The translations under genes were made by a program, and so were the position numbers. Below are positions 1 through 8,901 of a stretch of 64,000 nucleotides of DNA, in pieces (positions within the stretch are counted from its first letter, which is position 1; each line of letters opens with the position of its first letter). The DNA is from an uncultured Acidobacteriia bacterium (GTDB lineage Bacteria; Acidobacteriota; Terriglobia; Bryobacterales; Bryobacteraceae). A model generated the notes under the pieces. It ran no database searches and had not been told where the DNA came from. It saw only the letters and a list, made by a program, of their open reading frames with translations. The stretch covers positions 3,183 through 67,182 of the forward strand of contig CAIVVT010000157.1 of assembly GCA_903909435.1 (NCBI GenBank), in the 5' to 3' direction.

Positions 1-507
1 CCGAATCCGTCGGGACCGGACGTCATCCTGCTGCTCTACACATCGCACCGTCCCGACCATTGGTGGCAGGCCGCCTTATGTGCGGTGACCGGCTCGCTGA
101 TCGGCTCGCTGGTGCTGTTCGAGATCGCCCGCCGGGGCGGCAGGAAGTATCTCGAAGACCACCTCAGCACGGGGCGCGGCAAGAAGTTCCGCGACTGGTT
201 CCGGCACTACGGCTTGGTCACGGTGTTCATACCCGCGCTGGTGCCCATTCCCATGCCGCTGAAGGCGTTCGAGATCTGTGCCGGCGCCTTGGGAGTCTCG
301 CGAGCCGCCTTCGTCATTACGTTCGTCGGGGCGCGCATCCCGCGCTATCTGGCCCTCTGCTGGCTGGGGCGCGGACTGCACGAAGAGCCGATCAAATTCC
401 TCAAAGCCAATTCGTTCAACTTCCTCTGGATCGCCCTGGCGACGCTGGCGTTTTGCGTGATTCTGGTGAAGGTCTCCGACCGCTATCGCAAGCCGCGCGA
501 GATTTAA
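1..507 (+). CDS. DedA/VTT (SNARE-associated) family membrane protein, 5' end outside window
   Basis: Frame is open from nt 1 (PNPSGPDVILLLYTSHRPDHWWQAALCAVTGSLIGSLVLFEIARRGGRKYLE...). It has alternating hydrophobic segments typical of DedA-type proteins. Stop at 505-507. Confidence 0.6.
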   Translation, partial: PNPSGPDVILLLYTSHRPDHWWQAALCAVTGSLIGSLVLFEIARRGGRKYLEDHLSTGRGKKFRDWFRHYGLVTVFIPALVPIPMPLKAFEICAGALGVSRAAFVITFVGARIPRYLALCWLGRGLHEEPIKFLKANSFNFLWIALATLAFCVILVKVSDRYRKPREI

Positions 508-585
508 CATCGGTCCGGGGCGGATTTGCCCCGCTCCGGGATTAGTATAAAAAAGACCCAAAACAGCCTCTTGGAGGGCACTGCC

Positions 586-3500
586 GTGCGTTCTTTCGTA
601 TTGATTGCGGGTGTGTGCGCACTGTGCGCGATCGCGGGCGCGGAGAGCCGGCCGGGCTACTACAGATTCCCGGCGCTCAGCGGGAAAACTATCGTCTTTA
701 CGGCGGAGGGCGACCTGTGGAGCGTGCCCGCGGAGGGCGGCACCGCGCGCAGGCTGACGACCTCGCCGGGTCAGGAGACGTCGGCTGCGATTTCGCCCGA
801 CGGCCGGACCATCGCGCTGGTGGCGGAATATGAGGGCCCGGCCGAGGTCTACACCATGCCCATTGACGGCGGGCAGCCGGTGCGGCAGACCTGGGACGGT
901 GGTGGCGCAACGGTGGCCGGCTGGACTCCGGACGGGAGAGTCATCTACCGCACCCGCAGATTCTCGACCCTGCCCGACGCGCAGCTGGTCGCACTCGACT
1001 TGAAGGGCGGCCGCGAGGTGATCCAACTGGCGCAAGCCTCCGATGCCAGCTTCGGCGTCGACGGCAAGACGATCTTCTTCACGCGCCTGCCGTTCCAGGG
1101 CAGCCAGACCAAGCGCTACCAGGGCGGGACGGCGCAAAACCTGTGGCGCTGGACGCCCGGCTCCGAGGCCGTGCCGCTGACCGCCGACTATGCGGGCACC
1201 TCCAAGAACCCGATGTTCTGGAAGGGCCGCGTGTACTTCCTGAGCGACCGCGACGGCATCACGAACGTCTGGTCGATGACGCCCGAAGGCAGGGACCTGA
1301 AGCAGCACACGCGGCACAAGGACTTCGACGCGCAATCGGCCTCGCTCTCCGAAGGGCGCATCGCCTACCAGTGCGGCGCGGACCTGTGGCTGTTGGATCT
1401 GAAGTCGGGCAAGGAGCTGCCTGTGCCGGTCACGCTCGCATCGGACTTCGAACAACTCCGTGAGCGCTGGGTGAAAAAGCCGGCGGACTACCTGAGTTCC
1501 GGGCACCTGGCTCCGGACGGCTCAGCGATGGTGTTCACGGCGCGCGGCGACGTGTTCGTGGCCCCGGCCAAACCCGGGCGGTTGGTGCGGGTGGCGCGCA
1601 AGTCGGGCGTACGCTTCCGCGACGCCCGTTTTTCAGCGGACGGGAAAAGCATCCTGGTGATTTCCACGGAGAGTGGCGAGACCGAGTTCTGGCGCTATCC
1701 GGCCAACGGCGTCGGCACTGGCGAGCGTTTGACCAACGACGCCGCGGTGCTGCGCTGGGACGGCCTGGCTTCGCCCGACGGTCAGTGGCTGGCACACACC
1801 GACAAGAACCAGAAGCTGTGGCTGCTGAACCTCAAGACCAAGGAAAACAAGCTGATCGCGCAGAGCATGGTAGACGACTTCCAGGATCTGGCCTGGTCGC
1901 CGGATAGCCAGTGGCTGGCGTTCGTGGAGGGCGCGAAAAACCTGATGGCCCAGTTGAAGCTGCTGAACGTTGCGACGGGCGCGATCACGGCTCTCACCAC
2001 CGATCGTTTCAACAGCGTCAGCCCGGCCTGGAGCGCGGATGGCGAGTGGCTCTATTTCCTCTCCGACCGCAATCTGAAGACGACCGTGTTCAGCCCGTGG
2101 GGTACGCGGCAGCCGGACCCGCATTTCGATCACACGGTGAAGATCTACCAACTTGCTTTGAAGAAGGGCTTACGCTCGCCATTTGAGCCGGCCGACGAGC
2201 TGCATCCCGAGGCGAAGCCCGACGACAAGAAGGCGGATGAGAAAGCCGGCGACAAGAAGAACGACGAGAAGAAACCGGAAGAGAAATCCGGGGACGCGAA
2301 GAAGGCCGACGACGCAAAGGAGAAAGCGGCGAAGATCAACCTCCAGATCGATCTGGACGGCATCTCGGCGCGCATCCGGGAAGTACCGGCGCCGGCCGGC
2401 AATTACGGGGATCTCGCCGCATTTGCAAGGCGGCTGTGCTGGATTTCGACAGGCGACGAGACGCCTCCTCAGCGAGCACTGACGTGCCTCGATATCGCCA
2501 ACAAGGGCGAGAAGCCGGAGACGGTGCTCGGCGACGTGCGGGGTTACGAGCTTTCGCAGGACGGCAAGAAACTGGCCGTGCGCAAAGAGCAGGATTATTA
2601 CGTCTTCGCTTCCGACGCAAAAGGCCCGGCTTTGGGGTCGCCCAAGGCGCTGAGCGATGCCAAGGTCGAGCTCTCGGGCTGGGAGTTCTCTGTGGAGCCG
2701 CGAGCCGAGTTTAAGGAGATGTTTGCCGACGCGTGGCGGCTGGAGCGCGACTACTTTTACGACCCGAACATGAACGGCGTCGATTGGAAAGCGATGCGCG
2801 CCAGGTACGAGCCGCTCGTTGAGCGCGTGACCGATCGGGCCGAACTCAACGACCTTCTGGCGCAGCTCGTGGGCGAGTTGAGCGCGCTGCACATCTTTGT
2901 CAACGGTGGCGATTTCCGCAAGACCCCGGACCCGGTCGGGGTGGGCTCGCTGGGCGCGGTACTGGAGCGGGTCGCCAACGCGGGCGGCTACGTGGTGAAA
3001 CACATCTACCGGCACGACCCGGACCTGCCGAACGAAGCTCCGCCACTCGCACGCCCCGGCTCGGAGGTGCGCGAAGGCGAGATCATTGCGCAGGTCGATG
3101 GTGCGGACGTGCTCTCGGTGCCCGACATCGGCGTGCTGCTGCGCGAAAAGGCCAACAAGCAAACGCTGCTGCAGGTGAAGGATCCAACTGCCGGCGGCAA
3201 GACGCGCGAGCTGCTGGTGAAGCCGGTTCCGGTCAGTGACGAATTCGAACTGCGCTACGCCGAGTGGGAGTTCGCGCGGCGGCAGAAGGTGGAGGAAATG
3301 GGCGGCGGCAAGATCGGGTACCTGCATCTGCGCGCCATGGGATCGGGTGACATGGAGCAGTTCGAGCGCGATTACTACCCGGTTTTCGACCGGCAGGCAC
3401 TGATTGTCGATGTGCGCCACAACGGCGGCGGCAACATCGACTCCTGGCTGCTGGGTAAGCTGCTGCGCAAAGCCTGGTTCTACTGGCAGCCGCGCGTGGG

Positions 3501-3921
3501 CCAACCCAGCAGCAACATGCAGTTCGCCTTCCGCGGACACATGGTGGTTTTGATGGACGAGCACACGGGCAGCGACGGGGAGGCCTTCGCCGAAGGCTTC
3601 CGGCGGCTCGGCCTGGGCAAGCTGATCGGCACGCGGACGTGGGGCGGCGAGATCTGGCTGAGCGCGCAGAATTCGCTCGCCGACCACGGCATAGCGACGG
3701 CCGCGGAAATTGGCGTCTACGGCCCCGAGGGCAAGTGGCTGATCGAGGGCCACGGCGTGGATCCGGACCTCGTTGTGGATAATCTGCCGCACGAGACCTT
3801 TGCGGGGAAAGACGCCCAGTTGGAGGCCGCCGTGAAGCACCTGGAGGAGTTGATCCGCAAGGATCCGCGCCAGGTACCGCCTCATCCGGCCTACCCCGAT
3901 AAGTCGCTGAAACAGCGATAG
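586..3921 (+). CDS. Tricorn-like protease (TolB/WD40-type beta-propellers + PDZ + S41 peptidase domain)
   Basis: ORF 526..3921. A GTG at 586 is preceded by GGAGGG (573-578) and opens a signal peptide (VRSFVLIAGVCALCAIAGA). N-terminal repeats are of the 'SPDG..IAF' TolB-propeller type. The C-terminus reads LHLRAMG...VDVRHNGGGNID...GSDGEAFA...GTRTWGG, typical of S41/tricorn core. Confidence 0.85.
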   Translation: MRSFVLIAGVCALCAIAGAESRPGYYRFPALSGKTIVFTAEGDLWSVPAEGGTARRLTTSPGQETSAAISPDGRTIALVAEYEGPAEVYTMPIDGGQPVRQTWDGGGATVAGWTPDGRVIYRTRRFSTLPDAQLVALDLKGGREVIQLAQASDASFGVDGKTIFFTRLPFQGSQTKRYQGGTAQNLWRWTPGSEAVPLTADYAGTSKNPMFWKGRVYFLSDRDGITNVWSMTPEGRDLKQHTRHKDFDAQSASLSEGRIAYQCGADLWLLDLKSGKELPVPVTLASDFEQLRERWVKKPADYLSSGHLAPDGSAMVFTARGDVFVAPAKPGRLVRVARKSGVRFRDARFSADGKSILVISTESGETEFWRYPANGVGTGERLTNDAAVLRWDGLASPDGQWLAHTDKNQKLWLLNLKTKENKLIAQSMVDDFQDLAWSPDSQWLAFVEGAKNLMAQLKLLNVATGAITALTTDRFNSVSPAWSADGEWLYFLSDRNLKTTVFSPWGTRQPDPHFDHTVKIYQLALKKGLRSPFEPADELHPEAKPDDKKADEKAGDKKNDEKKPEEKSGDAKKADDAKEKAAKINLQIDLDGISARIREVPAPAGNYGDLAAFARRLCWISTGDETPPQRALTCLDIANKGEKPETVLGDVRGYELSQDGKKLAVRKEQDYYVFASDAKGPALGSPKALSDAKVELSGWEFSVEPRAEFKEMFADAWRLERDYFYDPNMNGVDWKAMRARYEPLVERVTDRAELNDLLAQLVGELSALHIFVNGGDFRKTPDPVGVGSLGAVLERVANAGGYVVKHIYRHDPDLPNEAPPLARPGSEVREGEIIAQVDGADVLSVPDIGVLLREKANKQTLLQVKDPTAGGKTRELLVKPVPVSDEFELRYAEWEFARRQKVEEMGGGKIGYLHLRAMGSGDMEQFERDYYPVFDRQALIVDVRHNGGGNIDSWLLGKLLRKAWFYWQPRVGQPSSNMQFAFRGHMVVLMDEHTGSDGEAFAEGFRRLGLGKLIGTRTWGGEIWLSAQNSLADHGIATAAEIGVYGPEGKWLIEGHGVDPDLVVDNLPHETFAGKDAQLEAAVKHLEELIRKDPRQVPPHPAYPDKSLKQR

Positions 3922-3927
3922 CGCGCA

Positions 3928-4037
3928 GGGGCAAAATACACAAAACCGCATAAATTAGCGGTTCCGTCTGTAAGTGACTGATTAGTAAGGGCGTGTTTAT
4001 TGCAAACCGCTCAAATTAGCGGTTTGCTATTTGCCCC
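3928..4037. repeat. Pair of inverted ~40-nt palindromic elements (GGGGCAAATA..CAAACCGC-8nt-GCGGTTTG)
   Basis: Hairpins aaccgc/gcggtt (3944-3963) and gcaaaccgc/gcggtttgc (4002-4027). The outer ggggcaaaata (3928) and tatttgcccc (4037) are inverted. The same core recurs at 32199-32300. Confidence 0.6.
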
Positions 4038-4064
4038 GCCCGAAAATGCCGGCTGCCTCGCGGC

Positions 4065-4162
4065 TGTGGCGCACGCTTCAGCGTGCAGTGCCGCCACTCC
4101 TGTCGGCAGCTTTCCGGACGTGGACAAGAGTGTCCGAGCTGCACGCTGAAGCGTGCGCCACA
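4065..4162. repeat. Perfect 24-bp inverted repeat separated by a 50-nt spacer
   Basis: tgtggcgcacgcttcagcgtgcag (4065-4088) is the exact reverse complement of ctgcacgctgaagcgtgcgccaca (4139-4162). Each arm also contains its own palindrome, gcacgc-ttca-gcgtgc. Confidence 0.8.
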
Positions 4163-4194
4163 ACCGGCCGGGCGACAGTGGGAGTGCCCGTACG

Positions 4195-5325
4195 ATGACG
4201 ACCGGATATGATGCCTGTGTGCCTCTCATTCATCAACACGCCGTCCTGGGACTGCTGGCATTTGCACTGCTCGCGCCGCTGAGGGCGCAAGACCAGGCCG
4301 CGCCGGTGCGCCTGGCCGTGGCTGGCCTGGTCCATGGGCACGTGGACGGATTCCTGCGCGCCGCCAAGAGCCGCACGGACATTCAGATCGTCGGCATCTC
4401 GGATCCCGATGCAGCTTTGCGCCAGAAATATGCGGCAAAATTCGGCCTGCCGGAAGCGCTATTCTTTCCCAACCTGAGGACGATGCTGGAGCAATCGAAG
4501 CCGGAAGCCGTCGCGTCGTTCACCAGCACGTTCGATCATCCGGCCGTCGTGGAAGCCTGTGCACGCCGCCACGTCCACGTGATGATGGAGAAGCCGCTGG
4601 CCGTCGACGTGGCCGGCGCACGCGCCATCGAGCGCGCCTCGAAAGAGAGCGGCATTCAGGTGATCGTCAACTACGAGACCACCTGGTACCGCAGCCACGC
4701 TGCACTGAGGCAGTTGCTGAAGCAGCAGACCGCCGGCGGCGAGATCCGCAAGATGGTGGCGATGGACGGTCACGAGGGACCGAAGGAAATCGGCGTCGGC
4801 CCGGAGTTTCTCGGCTGGCTGACCGACCCTCTGAAGAACGGTGCGGGCGCACTGTTCGACTTCGGCTGCTACGGAGCCAACCTGATGACCTGGCTGATGG
4901 ATAACCAGCGGCCTGTTGCGGTCACGGCGATGACGCAAAGAATCAAGCCGCACATCTACTCCAAGGTGGATGATGAAGCGACCATCCTGATCGAGTACCC
5001 CAAGGCGCAGGGCATTGTGCAGGCCTCCTGGAACTGGCCGTTCAGCCGCAAGGATTTCGAAGTTTACGCCGAGCATGGGTATGCCAGCGCGGTCGGGGGC
5101 GGCACGCTGAAAGTGCGGTTGCCGGGCATGGCGCAGGAAGAGTTGCGTACGCCGCCTGAACTTCCCGAGATGGAGCGCGATTCAATCTCGTACCTGGCGG
5201 CCGTGGTGCGCGGGAAGCTGAAGCCAGCCGGTCTTTCGTCGCTTGAAAACAACGTGATTGTGACCGAGATTCTGTCCGCGGCGCGCGAGTCGGCCAGCAC
5301 CGGCAAGCGCGTGCCGCTGCGCTGA
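4195..5325 (+). CDS. Gfo/Idh/MocA family oxidoreductase, secreted
   Basis: ORF 4153..5325. ATG 4195 gives a signal-like N-terminus (MTTGYDACVPLIHQHAVLGLLAFALLAPLRAQ). This is followed by VRLAVAGLVHGHV (Rossmann start), HVMMEKPLA and the C-terminal alpha/beta domain typical of the family. Confidence 0.8.
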   Translation: MTTGYDACVPLIHQHAVLGLLAFALLAPLRAQDQAAPVRLAVAGLVHGHVDGFLRAAKSRTDIQIVGISDPDAALRQKYAAKFGLPEALFFPNLRTMLEQSKPEAVASFTSTFDHPAVVEACARRHVHVMMEKPLAVDVAGARAIERASKESGIQVIVNYETTWYRSHAALRQLLKQQTAGGEIRKMVAMDGHEGPKEIGVGPEFLGWLTDPLKNGAGALFDFGCYGANLMTWLMDNQRPVAVTAMTQRIKPHIYSKVDDEATILIEYPKAQGIVQASWNWPFSRKDFEVYAEHGYASAVGGGTLKVRLPGMAQEELRTPPELPEMERDSISYLAAVVRGKLKPAGLSSLENNVIVTEILSAARESASTGKRVPLR

Positions 5326-5429
5326 GGACGTGTCCTCCCGTGCAGTGGTCATGCATTCACGCCACTTACGATGGGAGATTACAATGCCGTACCCCGGTGG
5401 CGATCGCCATCCCTGCACCGCTCAAACGC

Positions 5430-6887
5430 TTAGTCGAATTTGATATCGGACTCGGCCGTGAACTTGCGATAGTTCTGGAAGCTGATGACGTTGCGGGAGC
5501 AACTGCCGCCACCGGACATGCAGCCCACGTTCTCGCTGCTGACAGGGAGTAGGGCGTTCTTTCCCAGGATGTTCACGTAGCCATACTCGACGGTGGACAG
5601 CGCGCTCTCGTAAGGGCAGCCGCGAGGCATGCTGGTGGTCCGCTGTTCGATGCGCAGGACACGCAGCGAGTCCTTGTCGATCCACAAGCTCCCCTTAAAG
5701 GCGACCCGATACTGGCGGCCGCTCGGCGATACCAGGACCCAGTGCGAGTTGTCTTCGGAGACGGCGAAGTCGAAGACGAAGGCCGGCCTGCCGCCGACCC
5801 GCTCCATGCGGCGTTTCGTGAAGCCGGCGTCGGTAGCGGGTGACAGGATGTCCTGCAGCGTGACCACCCACTCGCCCGTGGACCACGAGCCGGTACTCTC
5901 GATGGGGCGGTCGGTGGGTCGTCCGTTCACCTGGATATTGCGGTAATCTTCCTTGCCATCGACGCACACCAGGTCGGCCGTCACCACGTCCAGCTGACGC
6001 CAGTTTCCAGCATCCGCACTACCGGCATAGCGCGTGGTGACCTGCTTGACCAGGAAGTTGGGAAGATCGGCTGTGAAGGTGTCGGCCGCGGAGCGCGCCT
6101 CCAGAATGATGGCGTCCGTGGATAGCGACTCGGTCTCGGCCTCGCCGCGAATACGCGTGCGTTCGGCAGGTGCGGCGCCTGGCGCGGCAGTTCCCGATGT
6201 TCCCGCAGCGGGCGCTGTCGCCTCGGTGCCACCTACAGACGGACTGGCCGGGATCTCGCCAGGCTGACTGGGGTGCGTATTCATAAGGTCTTCGGCGGAG
6301 GGCGCGACCACCTTGGTTTGATCCAGCGGTTTGGTTGCGGCGGCTTTCTCCTCGGCTGACGCCGCCCGGGCGAAGACCACGTGCAAGGCCGTCTCCGGGT
6401 CGCCGGTGTCCACCTCGACGCTGATCTGATCGCCGGCGTGGATCAACGAATCGCGCATCACCTCGCCGGCCTTGTTCTTGAACTGAGTCTTGGCCACCAG
6501 GCGGAAGCGCAACAGGCGATTCTTGTCGGACTCGAGAATGAGTTCCTTTTCGCCCAGGCTGCGCATCGAGCCGTCCACCCAGGCCAGCATGATGCTGTTG
6601 GCCTTGCCGGCGGCATCGTCGGCCTTCGCCTCTTCCTTCTTTTCTTCCTTCGGCTTGCGCTTGGGCCAGTGGATTCGCGGGATCGGCAGCCCGCCTGGTC
6701 CTTGCGGGTACTGCTGCGGATACTGACCGGGCGGATATTGGCCGGGAGGATACTGGCCCGGCGGGTACTGACCGGGTGGATATTGGCCGGGAGGGTATTG
6801 ACCCGGGTAGGATTGGCCGAAGGCCAACGCAGCCGCGAAGGCAGCCAGCGGGACGCCGCGCGCGCGGAATACAGCCCTGAGTCGCAT
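5430..6887 (-). CDS. Secreted hypothetical protein with N-terminal (PGQYP)n repeat
   Basis: ORF 5430..6911. ATG at 6887 lies 9 nt downstream of GAGGAGG. Signal peptide is MRLRAVFRARGVPLAAFAAALAFGQ, followed by YPGQYPPGQYPPGQYPPGQYPPGQYPPGQYPQQYPQGPGG. The C-terminal ~250 aa are non-repetitive, and I do not recognise a family. Confidence 0.65.
   Translation of the reverse strand: MRLRAVFRARGVPLAAFAAALAFGQSYPGQYPPGQYPPGQYPPGQYPPGQYPPGQYPQQYPQGPGGLPIPRIHWPKRKPKEEKKEEAKADDAAGKANSIMLAWVDGSMRSLGEKELILESDKNRLLRFRLVAKTQFKNKAGEVMRDSLIHAGDQISVEVDTGDPETALHVVFARAASAEEKAAATKPLDQTKVVAPSAEDLMNTHPSQPGEIPASPSVGGTEATAPAAGTSGTAAPGAAPAERTRIRGEAETESLSTDAIILEARSAADTFTADLPNFLVKQVTTRYAGSADAGNWRQLDVVTADLVCVDGKEDYRNIQVNGRPTDRPIESTGSWSTGEWVVTLQDILSPATDAGFTKRRMERVGGRPAFVFDFAVSEDNSHWVLVSPSGRQYRVAFKGSLWIDKDSLRVLRIEQRTTSMPRGCPYESALSTVEYGYVNILGKNALLPVSSENVGCMSGGGSCSRNVISFQNYRKFTAESDIKFD
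6705..6820. repeat. 15-nt tandem repeat (about 7 units) encoding PGQYP
   Basis: Imperfect units ggRtaYtgRccNggN are visible on the + strand. They lie inside CDS 5430..6887. Confidence 0.8.
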
Positions 6888-7239
6888 CGCAACATCCCTC
6901 CTCGACTTCAATCATAGGACCAGCGCGGCAGCAACCGGTACTGCCAACGCCAGACGCACAGGGCGTCCCGGCGGTTGCCGCAAAGCGGCCGCGCGTGCCG
7001 TGGGGAAGGCGCCGGCAATCAACGCAGGTCGATGGGGCGCTGCCGTCTTACTGAGGGGTGTCAACCGAATCGAATCGCATGGGCCGAACCACGCAGGTCC
7101 GCACGCGCTTCTGGCGCATCGACTAAGCGGGCGGGTCAATTCCGGCGGAACTGCGTTTCAAGCGTCAGATCTCCGGGCCAACCCACCCGTGCGACGAGCG
7201 ATGCGCACTTCCGTCCTGCCCTGGACTCCGGAGCCTCTC

Positions 7240-7788
7240 CTACATGCCCGAAGTGGCTTTTTGCTCTTTAACCTGCAATTCGTTCACTACCTGCTGGACG
7301 TTGGGAACGCCGCTCGCGACCGACTCGGCCCGGGCGCGATTCTCAGGCGAGTTGACTTCGCCGGTGAGCGTGACCACGTGATTCTTGACACTGTACTTCA
7401 CGTGTTTTTGCAGCTTTGCGCTGATCAGCGCCGCGTCCAGATTGTCCTCTATCCCTTTGTCGAGAGCGCTATTGATCTCTTGGGCGGCAGCCTCGGCGCC
7501 GGCCGGGATCACGGCGATCTCGTTCGCCACAACCTGCGTGCCGGCCAGGGACTTGGCGATGGCCTCGGCTTGCGCCTTGTCGTTGTCCGTCGTCACGCGC
7601 CCGCCCAAGGTCACCACGCCTTTGTCACGGTCCTGGCTTACCGAGACGGCTTTGAAGCCGGCCTGGTCCAGAGTTGTGCGAACGCTGGCTGAAACATCCG
7701 CTGACTTTCGGGCGGTGGTAGAGCACCCCGCCAGCGTCCCGGCGGCCATCACAGCCAGCAATAACATCCACGATTTCAGGGTCTTCAT
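7240..7788 (-). CDS. BON domain lipoprotein (OsmY-like, two BON domains)
   Basis: Lipobox MKTLKSWMLLLAVMAAGTLAGCS. There are two units of the type 'V.V....GVVTLGG.V.T...K..AE.IA..V.G...V.N.I.V'. Confidence 0.8.
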   Translation of the reverse strand: MKTLKSWMLLLAVMAAGTLAGCSTTARKSADVSASVRTTLDQAGFKAVSVSQDRDKGVVTLGGRVTTDNDKAQAEAIAKSLAGTQVVANEIAVIPAGAEAAAQEINSALDKGIEDNLDAALISAKLQKHVKYSVKNHVVTLTGEVNSPENRARAESVASGVPNVQQVVNELQVKEQKATSGM

Positions 7789-8352
7789 ATTTGTCCTTCG
7801 TTACGGCATCGGTCGATATGCTTCAGAGCATGAGAAGGACCAAACTTCACGCCCTGAAGCATTTCCGTCCGTCCGGCACTCCATGGAGTGGCCCGCAGTC
7901 GACGGCGGATCAGGCGAATTCGTTGCCGTCACGATGCCGGCGGCATTTAGCAAGCGCATCTACCGTGCGGTTGAGCAGAAACTGCACGCGACGCAAAATA
8001 GGCTGCACGCCAGGAGTCGCTCCGGCCTCCTACCCGAGGATTTCTTTCAATCGCGCGCGTTGAACGGCGCGCCATCCAAGCCCCGGCGACTGGACCTCCA
8101 GATGCACTGTCAACGTCGTGCGCCGCCTCCCCACTCACAGGTCGAGAACAACTCCGGTTCGCTCCGGTCGGGGGCGAGGCAAAGCTGATCAGGGCTGGCT
8201 TGCGACGGGATTGATGTTCCAACTGGTGGCCGGTCCACCGAAGGCGCCAGCACGCGCGGCGGGCGGCATGCATCCTCTTTGGGCTGACCGCCAGTCGAGC
8301 GAATCAGTCCGGTACGCGAGAACGATCGAAGAATGCGAATAGAAAGCAGGAA

Positions 8353-8538
8353 ATAGCTACGAAACCAAGTACGAAAGACCAGATCGACGGCAAGATCCAC
8401 GAATTGAAGGGCGAGGTGAAAGAGAAGGTTGGGGAAATCACCAATAACCAAAAACTCGCGGAAGCGGGCCAGGAAGAGAAGCTTGCTGGCAAGGTGCAAA
8501 AGAAAATCGGCCAAGTCGAAAAAGTGTTTGAGAAATAG
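8353..8538 (+). CDS. CsbD family stress protein (start codon unresolved)
   Basis: Frame-1 translation ...TKDQIDGKIHELKGEVKEKVGEITNNQKLAEAGQEEKLAGKVQKKIGQVEKVFEK* is a clear CsbD-like sequence. There is no ATG/GTG/TTG in frame near the expected N-terminus, so it is absent from the ORF track. 8353 is an ATA codon just after AGGAA. Confidence 0.5.
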   Translation: MATKPSTKDQIDGKIHELKGEVKEKVGEITNNQKLAEAGQEEKLAGKVQKKIGQVEKVFEK

Positions 8539-8639
8539 GGATCGACACTTCCGTGCAGTGTCTGTCTCTGCACTTGAAGCAGCTGCTCGTTCCCAGCGTG
8601 CTTCGCCGCCACTAGTTGTTACCGCTGAATGAGGATGCC

Positions 8640-8852
8640 GTGAATAAGACGCTTGGGATAATACTGATCGCGCTTGGAATATTTGGACTTGCGTGGGGCG
8701 GCTTTACGTACACGACTCAGGAAAAAGTGGTTGACATCGGGCGAATTCACGCTACCCGTGAAAAAACACATGAGGTGCCGCTGCCTCCAATCGCTGGCGG
8801 GTTGGCGCTTATTGGCGGAATTGTGCTCCTCGTAGCAGGCAAGAAGGAATAA
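8640..8852 (+). CDS. Small 2-TM membrane protein, hypothetical
   Basis: ORF 8616..8852. GTG 8640 lies 4 nt after GAGGA. It has two hydrophobic helices (LGIILIALGIFGLAWGG and IAGGLALIGGIVLLVAG). Confidence 0.5.
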   Translation: MNKTLGIILIALGIFGLAWGGFTYTTQEKVVDIGRIHATREKTHEVPLPPIAGGLALIGGIVLLVAGKKE

Positions 8853-8901
8853 CTCCCATTCCAGCCGGGAACTGACGTTTCAAAGACAGAAAGACTCACT
8901 A

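Noticed and set aside
76-1506. Long antisense or out-of-frame ORFs throughout the track. Examples: 76..1506(-), 2170..3951(-), 10865..11896(-), 19406..21193(-), 27033..28448(-), 28154..29779(+), 28965..30158(-), 32477..33703(-), 38143..39540(-), 40540..41766(-), 43813..45339(-).
   Set aside because: Their products are Arg/Ala/Gly/Pro-rich with no recognisable motifs. Each overlaps a gene that has clear family signatures. Long open frames on the opposite strand are expected at this G+C content.
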